A stretch of 64,000 nt of DNA from Barthelona sp. PAP020 (taxonomy: Eukaryota): NCBI GenBank assembly GCA_040182905.1, contig JARQWU010000025.1, forward strand, positions 1 through 64,000, in the 5' to 3' direction. Both the position numbers and the translations under genes were made by a program. The notes below the pieces were generated by a model. That model saw nothing but the letters and a program-made list of their open reading frames with translations, ran no database searches and was not told where the DNA came from. Positions 20,901 to 30,318 of this stretch are shown here, in pieces; the first letter of the stretch is position 1, and each line of letters begins with the position of its first letter.

Positions 20901-21736
20901 ATATTGAGAGTATCAAAAACAAATTTTCCGTTGAAAAGTCAATTCCAATTAACCCTGATTTAAATGTTATTGATTCAGCAAATGACATTAGAATCACTGT
21001 AAAAACCTCTAAAATTAGTTTCATTGTATCATTTGAACCCTGTGATGTTGATTTAAATGTTGAATTTTTCAGCACTAATAAAAAAGAAAATGAAAATAGT
21101 TCTCTCATTGATTTGTTAAGTTCAGTGTTACAAATTATTCCGGTTCGAAATTTTCACGTAGTTTTTAAGCCTCTACATATTTCTACTGGAAGTGACAAAT
21201 TCACAGCAATTCTTTTGAACATTCTAAAACCAACATTAACAAAACACATTCTTAACTTTGCCATCACCTTACCTATTATCTCCTCTTTCGTTAATGTGAC
21301 AAAATCATTTCTCTTGATTTTTTTCAATCCCCATTCGGATACCCACTCTTTTAAGCTAAAAACACTGTCAAAAGATTTCCAAAATTTTTCAAAAGATTTG
21401 CTGAAAGAAACAACTTTAACAATGCAATTTTCTTTGAATATGTTCAGTAACCTTTTGATTCTTATTCCATCAAGAGTGTTGTCTGGAGTTCCACTTTTAT
21501 CAAATATTTGGAGTCGTCCAATGGAATTCCCAGATAGTTTGGCAAAATTTAGACAAAGCTTAGTTCAAGAAGTAAAAATTTGGCCAAATTCAAAAATTAA
21601 AAAAGTTGGGGCATTGGTATCTGTTCCATTCAGATTAGGTGGTGCTTTCGCAAACGGTTGTAGTCAAATTCTATATAGTTTATTAGTTTCAATCAATGAT
21701 GACTTGAATTTTCAGGTCAATAATCAATATAAATAG
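17918..21736 (+). CDS. ATG2: ATG2-like bridge lipid-transfer protein (chorein-N, ATG_C-like end)
   Basis: N-terminal KKLLTRFV…ISLSNGEIQLQNVQIR (chorein-N); beta-rich body; C-terminal amphipathic helices LPIISSFVNV…P…VPFRLGGAFANGCSQIL…QYK. Confidence 0.6.
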   Translation: MTQIIIEKIIKKLLTRFVESDFNFAISLSNGEIQLQNVQIRIDFIESLLNVNFLKLHLIKCKTLTLSFNYSTLFNEGFEMILGGVEVDGEFLNKTHPKIYIANFNNKNKEQNENIREGKKINGEKNDGWMENLLNKIIFSSKVLIRDVTLKIDDLKVMNKSFDINFETINGLPKIHGKITELVLMDKEMTIFEIDELFLDDFINIYTPKIKFSASINLISKYVWLKDIEIAIITSETFETFQTEIINDFVLLEEYEDLSIINGINHPIKEDDLCIEINIDEVELVYDLLSLKILGISIKDSFNYILVNEMQILLNECVLVHIPSASIISCVADGKKLLMDCISISCQMEHISTIMSLFNSLKSYFLKNENLDGSKDYINADIEMKSHNNYEIAINKIEGNLTLSRFGPLSITVNDIINTNDTLTISSIFVGVAKKEMNALSLLRLSSIKLEIDTNSLVLGKVRFETSALTLRYFLSSTIQLLNKDFPKFFPPNNTNSTVTKKNQSNEDVSTRFRITFETPIYIKTTFDKIDVFAEITFSPIDLFENSTSLCLLNVQKLSIYCSSEDKIPISVLVNSQTSEYVCSISIDNDLAINITLNGLIFTLPFRYFVQFNAINFDLPTITPMYDSPPLAIDLTMNSTLIYLYDDLTFDLIDESSKDQINSPSVAFIIDHLSFIDSSDAWGKVRLFLGVAKDVENFPVSTIDLLSVLSTHGLKQIFDIDLSLKIKPKELIIKTTFGIYLSPKNISHIIEIFEKFEKFDDINNNDVDEFFESNIEYTNKDERKEKINDVFNRSIPMVEEEILLNATSNRLNIVEEYFSKMEESESFSRRMGLNSTPLQGELLSNNINGDNAWNISIVVPLADIQLHTDDHELKKMNLKKLNNSISLKLINLDIGTSITSDQIIFCSTLQDLIIRDNFINSPFRYLFIRKNNDIRCPIMYLNMKSTTEEFSCFFSLRPIEIGFSSVSFVHLFSFLLPFLALENKDLDAKKYKNENIESIKNKFSVEKSIPINPDLNVIDSANDIRITVKTSKISFIVSFEPCDVDLNVEFFSTNKKENENSSLIDLLSSVLQIIPVRNFHVVFKPLHISTGSDKFTAILLNILKPTLTKHILNFAITLPIISSFVNVTKSFLLIFFNPHSDTHSFKLKTLSKDFQNFSKDLLKETTLTMQFSLNMFSNLLILIPSRVLSGVPLLSNIWSRPMEFPDSLAKFRQSLVQEVKIWPNSKIKKVGALVSVPFRLGGAFANGCSQILYSLLVSINDDLNFQVNNQYK

Positions 21737-21978
21737 AAGTTTTGTAGTCTTTTTTTTCCTTCTTCAAAAATCGAATCAAAAAGTGTCCATTTTTCACTTT
21801 AAAATTGCATAAAATTGCATTTATTTTCTCATTTAACGCTTCATCGATATAGAAGTGGCTGATTAATAAAATAAAATAAAAAAAAATATAGATATATAGG
21901 TATATATTCCAATTTTATGTCAATAGAAGACCACAAATGAACAAAAAAAACTAATAGACTAACATTAAACCTCAAAAA

Positions 21979-22368
21979 TTAAACAGCAATGATATTTCGC
22001 ATTTGCTTTTTGGACATGAATTTTATCTTTTTGGCATCGACTTTTTGAGTTACAATACCTCTTAAATCATTCTGTTTTTGTCTTTCTTCTCTCTCCTTTT
22101 TAGCTTCTTTTCTTCTTTCCATGTCTTGTTCAAGTTTTTGATAATATTCCCTTCTGGCTTTTCTCAAAGAATCTCTTTTGGCTTTAAAAATCATCTTTTC
22201 TTCCCAAGTAGTTTTTTCTGATTCTTGTCTATATGCTTCTGAAAATCTTTTCTTATTTGTTGATTGCATCCATTTAATTCTCTTTTGTTGCTTTGTTGTT
22301 TTGGATGCTGATGTTGGTTTTTGTAATTTTAAATCACCGTCAGTGATAACTACACATGGATGTGTCAT
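21979..22368 (-). CDS. Cgr1/CCDC86-like ribosome biogenesis coiled-coil protein
   Basis: W…KKRFS…TWEEKM…, basic coiled coil, Q.V.AKKIK.MSKKQ.R ending. Confidence 0.75.
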   Translation of the reverse strand: MTHPCVVITDGDLKLQKPTSASKTTKQQKRIKWMQSTNKKRFSEAYRQESEKTTWEEKMIFKAKRDSLRKARREYYQKLEQDMERRKEAKKEREERQKQNDLRGIVTQKVDAKKIKFMSKKQMRNIIAV

Positions 22369-22500
22369 ATTTCCAAGTAAAAGGATTTTTCATTTTTTTC
22401 TTCTTCATTTTTTCTTTTTTCAAAAAATTTTGTCAAAAACAATTTGGGAAGAAAAATTAAAAAACAAATAAATCAAAGTAATACCTATAATTTACATTTT

Positions 22501-24150
22501 TCACATTTTTTCCAATTGCTCAACATAAGCCTTTGGAGTAACAATGGTTGTACCACCAATGAACACATTAACAACTTCTTCATCTGAAACATAAAATTCT
22601 GCTGGTGAAATACCACCAATCACAAAAACAACTAAATTAATCAATCTGTTTCTGATAGGCAATGCACCAGATCTGGGAGAAATTGAATAGTCTTCAGGCA
22701 TTGATCCTCTTTTCACCAAATCAATCTGTTTTTCAATAAATGAGCTGTAAGTTGGGGTCATAACAGCATCAGTTGGGTCAAAATATCCTCTGGAACGTTG
22801 AGTAACAATATTTGTTAACTTATGAACTTGTTGAAATGCACGGCTTAATTTTCCTCCTTCATTCAATGCACCAAATCCATTGGCATTTAAGAATGTCTCA
22901 AAATCGTTTTTGTCATTGAATACACCCTGATTGTGTTCTTGAACATTTGCCATACACAACAAAAGTCTTTTTTTATCCATTGGATCTAAATTGGGATTGC
23001 CTAAAACTGGTGCCAACTTTTCTTCTGAAACATTGCCGTTAATTCGCATGAAACCATTGATCTCTTGTTCCAAAACAGCAACTTCAGCCAGGATGGAGAT
23101 ATCATCATCATTATTGACAGCATATTTGTTGATCATTTTTTTTAGGTATTGAAAGTGCTCTTTGATCAAACCTTCTGCTTTTTGGGCTTCAAATCCTAAT
23201 TTTGCCCTTTGACGTTCATCCAATGCAGCAGATGCGGTAGAAAATTGGTCTTTAACTGCATTTAAAGCCTCTTCAATGTACATTGAAGCTGTAAATATAT
23301 TTCTGAAACGTTGCTCGTAAAAGAAATCGTTATCAACTCTAGCCTTCGTCGTTTGCTTGTTGAGGAACTGTCCTTTAATATCTATTTTTTTTGTGATGGG
23401 GTCAATACCAATCATATCGTATAACAACGCTTCATATGACAAGGTATGCATCAAAGGTGTCATATGATCTTCCCTACGATCAACAATCATAAATATAGAA
23501 TCTGGTGTTGATGAACAGTTCATTAAATTGTTCATCTTAGTCTTTAAATTTCTAGACAAATATTTTTCAGAATTTGAAGAAATAATTGCCCAATTTCCTT
23601 CAACAGCAGTAATCATAGATGTCAACTGTGAAGCTATGGTGTTTAACAACTGATCATTCAATGATTTTAAATCATTCAATTGGAATTGGGTGGGCAAGAC
23701 AAAAATATTGGTGTCAACAGGCAATACTTCACAACAGGAATCATCAAACGTCTTCATATACTTTAACCAAGTATTTGCTCCATTTCTCATAAACTCAACA
23801 ATATTATGATGTTCTTGAGATGAAATACGATGAGAAAAAAACAAATAGAATCTTCTATACATATTTTCTTTGGAATCAGGAAAATCTTCGGCTAAGATTT
23901 GTAAATTCTCCATAGTAGGTGAAATGAAATAAATGGCATCAAAGGCAGGAAGAGGAGAACGTTCGGAACGGGAACGAATCTTTTCAACAAGACTTACATG
24001 ATGCAATAAGACATCTTTTAAAGAAATTACAGACCCCAAAATCTTCACAGTAATATCATCAACAATTAATATTTTTTGAACCTTGGAAGAACCAGACTCT
24101 AAGACTTTTGTGATATGATCACGCGTAATATCTGCTAAAATAACTGACAT
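22501..24150 (-). CDS. Sec1/Munc18 (SM) family protein
   Basis: KILIVDD, DAIYFISPT, IVDRREDHMTPLMHTLSYEALLYD, VFVIGGISPAE, IGGTTIVTP; first ATG at 24150. Confidence 0.92.
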   Translation of the reverse strand: MSVILADITRDHITKVLESGSSKVQKILIVDDITVKILGSVISLKDVLLHHVSLVEKIRSRSERSPLPAFDAIYFISPTMENLQILAEDFPDSKENMYRRFYLFFSHRISSQEHHNIVEFMRNGANTWLKYMKTFDDSCCEVLPVDTNIFVLPTQFQLNDLKSLNDQLLNTIASQLTSMITAVEGNWAIISSNSEKYLSRNLKTKMNNLMNCSSTPDSIFMIVDRREDHMTPLMHTLSYEALLYDMIGIDPITKKIDIKGQFLNKQTTKARVDNDFFYEQRFRNIFTASMYIEEALNAVKDQFSTASAALDERQRAKLGFEAQKAEGLIKEHFQYLKKMINKYAVNNDDDISILAEVAVLEQEINGFMRINGNVSEEKLAPVLGNPNLDPMDKKRLLLCMANVQEHNQGVFNDKNDFETFLNANGFGALNEGGKLSRAFQQVHKLTNIVTQRSRGYFDPTDAVMTPTYSSFIEKQIDLVKRGSMPEDYSISPRSGALPIRNRLINLVVFVIGGISPAEFYVSDEEVVNVFIGGTTIVTPKAYVEQLEKM

Positions 24151-24213
24151 TCTTGGAATTGACGTAAAAATTATCAAAAAAAAAATTATCAAAAACAATT
24201 CCTACATTTACAC

Positions 24214-25212
24214 ATGAATATTGAATCCAATTTGGAAGATTTACCTTGGGTCGAAAAATACCGTCCCAAAACATTAGATGATTTAGTTTCTCAAGATGAT
24301 ATAATCTCCACATTGAAAAAATTTTTAAATGAAGCCCATTTGCCTCATTTATTATTTTATGGACCACCAGGAACCGGTAAAACTTCAACAATTTTGGCAT
24401 GTTGCAAGGAATTATACGGAAATTCAACAGGATCTATGGTATTACACTTGAATGCATCTGATGATAGAGGATTATCTGTTGTTCAAGATACTATTAAGCA
24501 ATTTGTCACCACAAGATCCATTGTTCAAACCGGTTTTAAATTAGTTATTCTTGATGAAATTGATTCAATGACAAGTGCTGCCCAATTTGCTTTGAGGTGC
24601 ATTATGGAAGAAGGAACTCAAAATGCTAGGTTCTGTTTATTGTGTAATACTGTGTCCAAAGTTATTAATGCTTTACAATCACGATGTGCCAGATTTAGAT
24701 TTGCGTCCTTAAAAGCTGATCAATTATCTAATTATACAATGGAAGTGTGTAAACAAGAAGGAGTGGAAATATTTGAAGGTGGTGTTGAGGCTTTGATACA
24801 TGTTTCTGGTGGAGACATGAGAAAATTGCTAAACACATTGCAAGCCATTCATATGTCCAAATTAGATCTAACTCCCAGTGTTGTTTATGGAACAGTTGGT
24901 CAACCGTCACCTGGATATATTAGAGATGTGTTGAGTTCGTTATTGAATGAGCAACCCCAAGATATTATGATCAAGTTGGATAAGGATCGTCGAAATCAAG
25001 GTTTTGCACTCTTTGATGTTGTTAGAGAATTAACTGATTTGATAGTAGCCCTTGATTGTTTTGAAAATGAAACCCTCTCCACAATATTGATTGGTTTGAG
25101 TGATATTCATCGTCGCTTGGCTCGTGGAGCATCTGATGTCATCCAATCTGTTGCTGTTGTGGGTCTATTTGTTTCAGTGCGCAAAGATGATGATGTTATT
25201 ATGATTGAGTAG
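24214..25212 (+). CDS. RFC5: Replication factor C small subunit (human RFC5 / yeast Rfc3 type)
   Basis: LPWVEKYRP, LPHLLFYGPPGTGKTSTILA, LNASDDRG, FKLVILDE, SRC, GDMR. Confidence 0.9.
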   Translation: MNIESNLEDLPWVEKYRPKTLDDLVSQDDIISTLKKFLNEAHLPHLLFYGPPGTGKTSTILACCKELYGNSTGSMVLHLNASDDRGLSVVQDTIKQFVTTRSIVQTGFKLVILDEIDSMTSAAQFALRCIMEEGTQNARFCLLCNTVSKVINALQSRCARFRFASLKADQLSNYTMEVCKQEGVEIFEGGVEALIHVSGGDMRKLLNTLQAIHMSKLDLTPSVVYGTVGQPSPGYIRDVLSSLLNEQPQDIMIKLDKDRRNQGFALFDVVRELTDLIVALDCFENETLSTILIGLSDIHRRLARGASDVIQSVAVVGLFVSVRKDDDVIMIE

Positions 25213-25822
25213 TTTAGAACATAAACAAATGAAGACAAATGATTCACACATACTTGTGCTTTAACTTAATTTTCATTTTCAGAAAATTACCGATTGTTCA
25301 TTTTTATCGTTTCATTTATTACAGATATAAAAGTGATATGGAACTATATTAAAATTGGTTTCTGATTAAAAATTGGATTCATTTATAAAAAGTGACAAAC
25401 CAACTCAGACTGTTGATATTTTTATAAATTTTATTTTATTTGTTTTATATAATTATCATGGTATTTCAAAATACGAATAAAGGTTAATTATATTGTTTGC
25501 ACTTCAAGAACATAAAATTTGAAACTTTATGATAATTACCCATTAGTGCTTGAAATAAGAAGTCATTAAAGCAAATAAACACATGAAATTATGCATTGGA
25601 GAACCAATGTAACATTTGAAAAATCATCCATCCTCGAAAAGAAAGAAAACTGTTTCTTTTTCAGTTTTCTTTTTGTCATTTATGATTAATACTTTTAGAG
25701 ATTACTGTTTTAATTAAAAAAATTGGAAAGTTAGTAATATTAAAGTTTACAGTAAATATTAGGTGTTTCATACTAGCTGTAACGATGGTTCGTAAGTTTT
25801 TTTGTTTGTTTGTTTTAATAGG

Positions 25823-27691
25823 ATGGTTAAATGTAAGATTTTACTCATATTATTGCTATTTTCATTGAAACTTATTTTATGTGAAACTCTAGATTATGAT
25901 TCATTGGCCCCTATTTTATCTGAATCTTTAAATTTAAATGAAGATAATAGCTTTTCAATTGATAGTATTTTTGATGATTATTCGCAAAGTTCAAATTATT
26001 TTGATGAATTTTATCCAATTGGTATGGAAATTGATACAACTTTGATTTATGATAATCTTTATTCCATTGATATTGACGGAAGCATTGAAACTAATGTAAA
26101 TTCTGATGATGGAACCATTAATTTCACTTTTGATATTGATATTGATGTTACTCCACTTGAAAATTCCATCTATTCTTCAAGCGAAATCGATTCATCTGAA
26201 GAAACTACTGCTGTGGATCCTTTTGCACCAATCGATTCTTATCTTTTTGATACTACATCTGTCACTGAAGAGAGTGATTATGCTGATTATACACAGGAAG
26301 AAGCACAAGAACAACAACAGGAAGAAGAAGAAGATGATGATGCAATTGATTATTCATCCACTGATATTTTAACTCCATTGCCAAATTATCCAAAATTAAT
26401 TGCTGATGTTGTTAATACTCTTTGGAATGTAATATATGTTCATAACAATCGGTCAACAAGTTTGGATGTTGATTCAATTATTGATCCATATCCAGAATTG
26501 CCTGGAATAGGTACTTCTCCAATTGATGTTGATTCATCCGAATTACCAGTTAATGATGATGAAAGTTCATTGCCTGATTCTACTGAATCAAACATTGACG
26601 ATACAATTGAACCTGAAAATGATCAAGAAACATCCAACAATTCGAGTGGTCAGGACACTGACATTGATGGTTCAAATACAGAAGAAATATCTGGTGATTC
26701 CGATGAAACTATTCCTGACACGACCGAATCTGATGGTTCTAATTCGCAAAATGTTGAACCAGAAGAATCTGGTACTGAAAGTAACACTGATCCAGTCGAT
26801 TCATCAATTGTTGAACCATCTGAACCCTCTTCAACTGAAGAACCTTCTACAGAAGAAGATGTCATTGAGGAATCTGACTCTACACCCGAAGAATCTGTTT
26901 CTACACCTAAACTTGACTCTGAATCTGAACCAACTCCTGAAGTTGAATCTGAAATTGAACCTGAGGTTGATCCTGCAGTTGAACCTGAAGATGAAAATGA
27001 TCCATCAGACCCCTATATTGAAACTACAGATTCAATCGATTCAGATGGTTCAACTGCTGATGAGCCATCAGATGACTCATCATCTTCAAACAATGAAGAG
27101 TTGAACACTCCAACATTTATTATAAATTCAGTTGAACCTTCCCAAATCCAATTTGCTTCCACAGGTATTGAATATGTTAACATTCGATGCGATAATATCC
27201 ATCAAAGAATACCTGTTGTCAACAATACCACCATTATTAATGGATTAGAAAATGGTGTTGTATGTCAAATTACTACTGATTCTGATGTTCAAATCACAGA
27301 ATCTGTTGTTATTCCTTTTGAAATACCTGTTTCTCCAACAGTTGAATTGAGATTTTTGCAAAATGTGCCTGTTTCTTTGATTATTTCTTGGGATCCAATT
27401 CCACAATCTGAACTTTACAAATTGATTATAACTGGTGACATGGAAAAAACAATTGAAACTGTTGATAATTCAGCATCTATGGATCTTCCCGTAAATATGG
27501 ATGGAAAGGAAATAAAAATCACATTATCGTGCAAGAATGAAGTCTCAACGTGGTCAGACGAATCAAAAGCTACTGTTGTTACACTATCACATGAATACAT
27601 CCAACCTGATAATCACAGTGGAATTGAAAAGAGTACAATTCTTGCATTTAATCTTATTGTTGGTTTGCTCATTTTATTTTTTACAATTTAA
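25823..27691 (+). CDS. Acidic Ser/Thr/Glu/Pro-rich cell-surface protein with FN3-like region and C-terminal hydrophobic anchor
   Basis: Signal peptide ILLILLLFSLKLILC; mucin-like middle; SLIISWDP…YKL…ITLSCKN…SDES (FN3-like); terminal ILAFNLIVGLLILFFTI (TM or GPI signal). Confidence 0.75.
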   Translation: MVKCKILLILLLFSLKLILCETLDYDSLAPILSESLNLNEDNSFSIDSIFDDYSQSSNYFDEFYPIGMEIDTTLIYDNLYSIDIDGSIETNVNSDDGTINFTFDIDIDVTPLENSIYSSSEIDSSEETTAVDPFAPIDSYLFDTTSVTEESDYADYTQEEAQEQQQEEEEDDDAIDYSSTDILTPLPNYPKLIADVVNTLWNVIYVHNNRSTSLDVDSIIDPYPELPGIGTSPIDVDSSELPVNDDESSLPDSTESNIDDTIEPENDQETSNNSSGQDTDIDGSNTEEISGDSDETIPDTTESDGSNSQNVEPEESGTESNTDPVDSSIVEPSEPSSTEEPSTEEDVIEESDSTPEESVSTPKLDSESEPTPEVESEIEPEVDPAVEPEDENDPSDPYIETTDSIDSDGSTADEPSDDSSSSNNEELNTPTFIINSVEPSQIQFASTGIEYVNIRCDNIHQRIPVVNNTTIINGLENGVVCQITTDSDVQITESVVIPFEIPVSPTVELRFLQNVPVSLIISWDPIPQSELYKLIITGDMEKTIETVDNSASMDLPVNMDGKEIKITLSCKNEVSTWSDESKATVVTLSHEYIQPDNHSGIEKSTILAFNLIVGLLILFFTI

Positions 27692-27781
27692 ATGTTACAA
27701 AGGAATAATTTTAATAAATAATGTTGTTTGGTTTCATTTTTATTTTTTGTTTTTCATTTTCCATTTACCTCCAATTATTTT

Positions 27782-28729
27782 ATGATTTCTGATAATTTGA
27801 ATACGTTGGATGGTTCAAATAATAATCCAAGTTTGACTCGAATGAATAAAAAAGAAATTCGAAGAGTTTTAAAGGGCGAAACAGGCGCAAGGGCTATTGA
27901 GATATTAGAACAACATTCTTTGAGACAATTAAATCGAATCAATTATTTAGAGAATGAAAATCGCAGATTGAAACAAACTTCGGAAGATTTTGAAAAGGAG
28001 AACAGAAAATTTTTGAATTTGAACAAAAGTATGGAAGATGTAATTGATAATTTAACTCAACAAAAGGATTTGTTATTAACAGAATTAGAATCAACAACAG
28101 AAAAGAGTAAACAGGAAAAAACTGCATTGATTGATAATTTTCAAACTAGTCTTGATGATATTTCTGATCAAATCAAAGCATCTTCACTCATTCGAGATCA
28201 ATTGGAAAAAGAAAAAGAAGAGTTGAGAGGCCATTTGAAAAATGCTATTGCTCAATTGGAGATATTAACTGAAAAGTATCAGAAGTCAGAAACTTTAAGA
28301 TATAGTGAAAACCACTCAAATTTGCAAAAGGTTGACTATTTTGAAAAAGTTATTCAAACCCTTTCTGAAAACACAAAGAATGAACAAGGAAAATCTTTAA
28401 AGTACGAATTATTATTAAGACAAAAAGAAAACGAATTAAAAACTGTTTTGTCAACCATTGATACTTTTAAAGATACAATGAATGAATTTGTTGAACGATT
28501 ACGTTTCTTCCAAAACGAAAGAAAAGAATTTGGTCCCAAATTTAATGAATTACATTCACAAAATCAATCCTTAAGAAAAACAGTGAAAGAATTGACTCCA
28601 TTGGTTGTAGAAAATCAAAAATTAATAAAACAAATTAATTTTTTGAAAAAGTTGGCCAAAAAACAATTGGATGAAGAAAGAAATAACAAAGATTGTGACA
28701 CGAAGAGTAATGTTGTTGATGAAGCGTAA
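27782..28729 (+). CDS. Coiled-coil protein, taxilin-like
   Basis: Continuous heptads; EKTALIDNFQTSLDDI…EKEELRGHLKNAIAQLE resembles the taxilin core; first ATG at 27782. Confidence 0.55.
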   Translation: MISDNLNTLDGSNNNPSLTRMNKKEIRRVLKGETGARAIEILEQHSLRQLNRINYLENENRRLKQTSEDFEKENRKFLNLNKSMEDVIDNLTQQKDLLLTELESTTEKSKQEKTALIDNFQTSLDDISDQIKASSLIRDQLEKEKEELRGHLKNAIAQLEILTEKYQKSETLRYSENHSNLQKVDYFEKVIQTLSENTKNEQGKSLKYELLLRQKENELKTVLSTIDTFKDTMNEFVERLRFFQNERKEFGPKFNELHSQNQSLRKTVKELTPLVVENQKLIKQINFLKKLAKKQLDEERNNKDCDTKSNVVDEA

Positions 28730-28886
28730 ACTGTTAATTTTGTTTTTGGTTTGTAAATTGTTGTTTTTAATGGTTTTAAGTTACTTGTGTTTGATTCATA
28801 ATTCCTTTAAAATGACAATAATTTGAAATAGATCTGATAATATTGTCAAGCACTTCCTTCATTTATTTTTTTTTTATTTTGGCAAA

Positions 28887-30113
28887 ATGACGTCACTTAG
28901 CAGAGAAAAATATGTGCAACAAACTGTTCGAGAATTAATGACACCATCTATTGACCCAAACGAAATCAAAGTACTTGAAAAAACATTAACTAGTAATATG
29001 TTTGATTCTAAGTATTCTCCTGATGGCAAATATTTCATGGCAATAGATAATACTAATTCTTCTATTTTATTAGTTTTTGATGGGGAAACTGGTGAATATA
29101 TCCGTACTTTATCATGTCATGATCATGCAAATATATATTCTGTTGCGTTTTCTGACGATAATCGATATTTAGCAACAGCATCTTTAAATAAAGATATTGT
29201 AATTTATGACATGACAAATGATTTTTATATTGATCATGAATATACTGATGTTGATTCAATATTTTCCCTTGTGTTTTCTCACTCTTGTGATTATTTGTAT
29301 TATGCTGGAAGTGGTAAAGTAAAAAAGATGGATTTACGAACTAAGGAAACTGTAGGACAAGTTGAAGCTCATGCTGGGTATATTTGTCGATTAAGAATTT
29401 CTCCTGACGATAGATATGTTCTTTCTGGAGGAGATGATGGAACTGCTAAGCTTTTCAGAACTGAAACAATGGAACGTGTCCAAACTTTTGAACCTATGTC
29501 AGGAAATGTTAGAGGTATTGATTATCATCCAAATGGACACATGATTGCCACAGGGACCTGTTCACCAGGCAAAGTTTCTTTATGGAATACAGAAGATGGA
29601 TCATTAGTTCACACATTTTCTTTACCTGGTGAGGTGCATTATCTGAAATTTCTGTTATACAAATGGATACTTGTTTTGTCAGGAAATGATGGTTTTTATT
29701 TGTTTGATATTGATACTTTTGCCAAAATTCAACATGTGCCATGTGGTGCATCTGTTTCATATTTCTCGTTTGATGTTTCACCAGATCTTACAAAGATAAT
29801 TTATGGCGGTGATGCGGACCAGCGTATTAAAATGGTAACAATTAATTTATGCAGTGATGAAACAATGAAAGAACAATTGTTGGAGTTGTCTCGTCCAGAT
29901 GGTTATGTTTTGTCCAGTTTAATTGCTATTAACAACATTTCCCCTATCAGACAGTTGGTTGCAGCTGGAATTTATATGAATCAACATGATTATGAAATGA
30001 CTATCAATAATTGCTGGGATCTAGTTGATATCAATGAAAAAAACGGGGGTAACATGCATGAATTTATGAGCAATTTTTGTGACTCTGGTTCTTCTTCTTC
30101 TGATGATGATTAA
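28887..30113 (+). CDS. WD40-repeat protein with the same C-terminal CWDLVDINE module
   Basis: About 7 WD blades (YSPDGKY, VAFSDDNRYLATAS, AH…ISPDDRYVLSGGDDGTAKLF, YHPNG…LWN); last ~80 aa match the ankyrin protein tail. Confidence 0.92.
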   Translation: MTSLSREKYVQQTVRELMTPSIDPNEIKVLEKTLTSNMFDSKYSPDGKYFMAIDNTNSSILLVFDGETGEYIRTLSCHDHANIYSVAFSDDNRYLATASLNKDIVIYDMTNDFYIDHEYTDVDSIFSLVFSHSCDYLYYAGSGKVKKMDLRTKETVGQVEAHAGYICRLRISPDDRYVLSGGDDGTAKLFRTETMERVQTFEPMSGNVRGIDYHPNGHMIATGTCSPGKVSLWNTEDGSLVHTFSLPGEVHYLKFLLYKWILVLSGNDGFYLFDIDTFAKIQHVPCGASVSYFSFDVSPDLTKIIYGGDADQRIKMVTINLCSDETMKEQLLELSRPDGYVLSSLIAINNISPIRQLVAAGIYMNQHDYEMTINNCWDLVDINEKNGGNMHEFMSNFCDSGSSSSDDD

Positions 30114-30318
30114 TAGATGAACCATATTCTTTTTTGTTATTTGTGTTTGTTCTTTCTTGTATTAATAAAACAACCTTTTTTTTCTTTTTATTCGATTGTC
30201 TTGAATGTTGTTTTGTGATTTTCTTTCATATCCCATGTGTATCAATTCAATTAACCAATTAGCAAAAGGAATCAAAAAAAAAATTTTTTTTTTTTTTTTC
30301 ATAAACAAAACGAATAAA

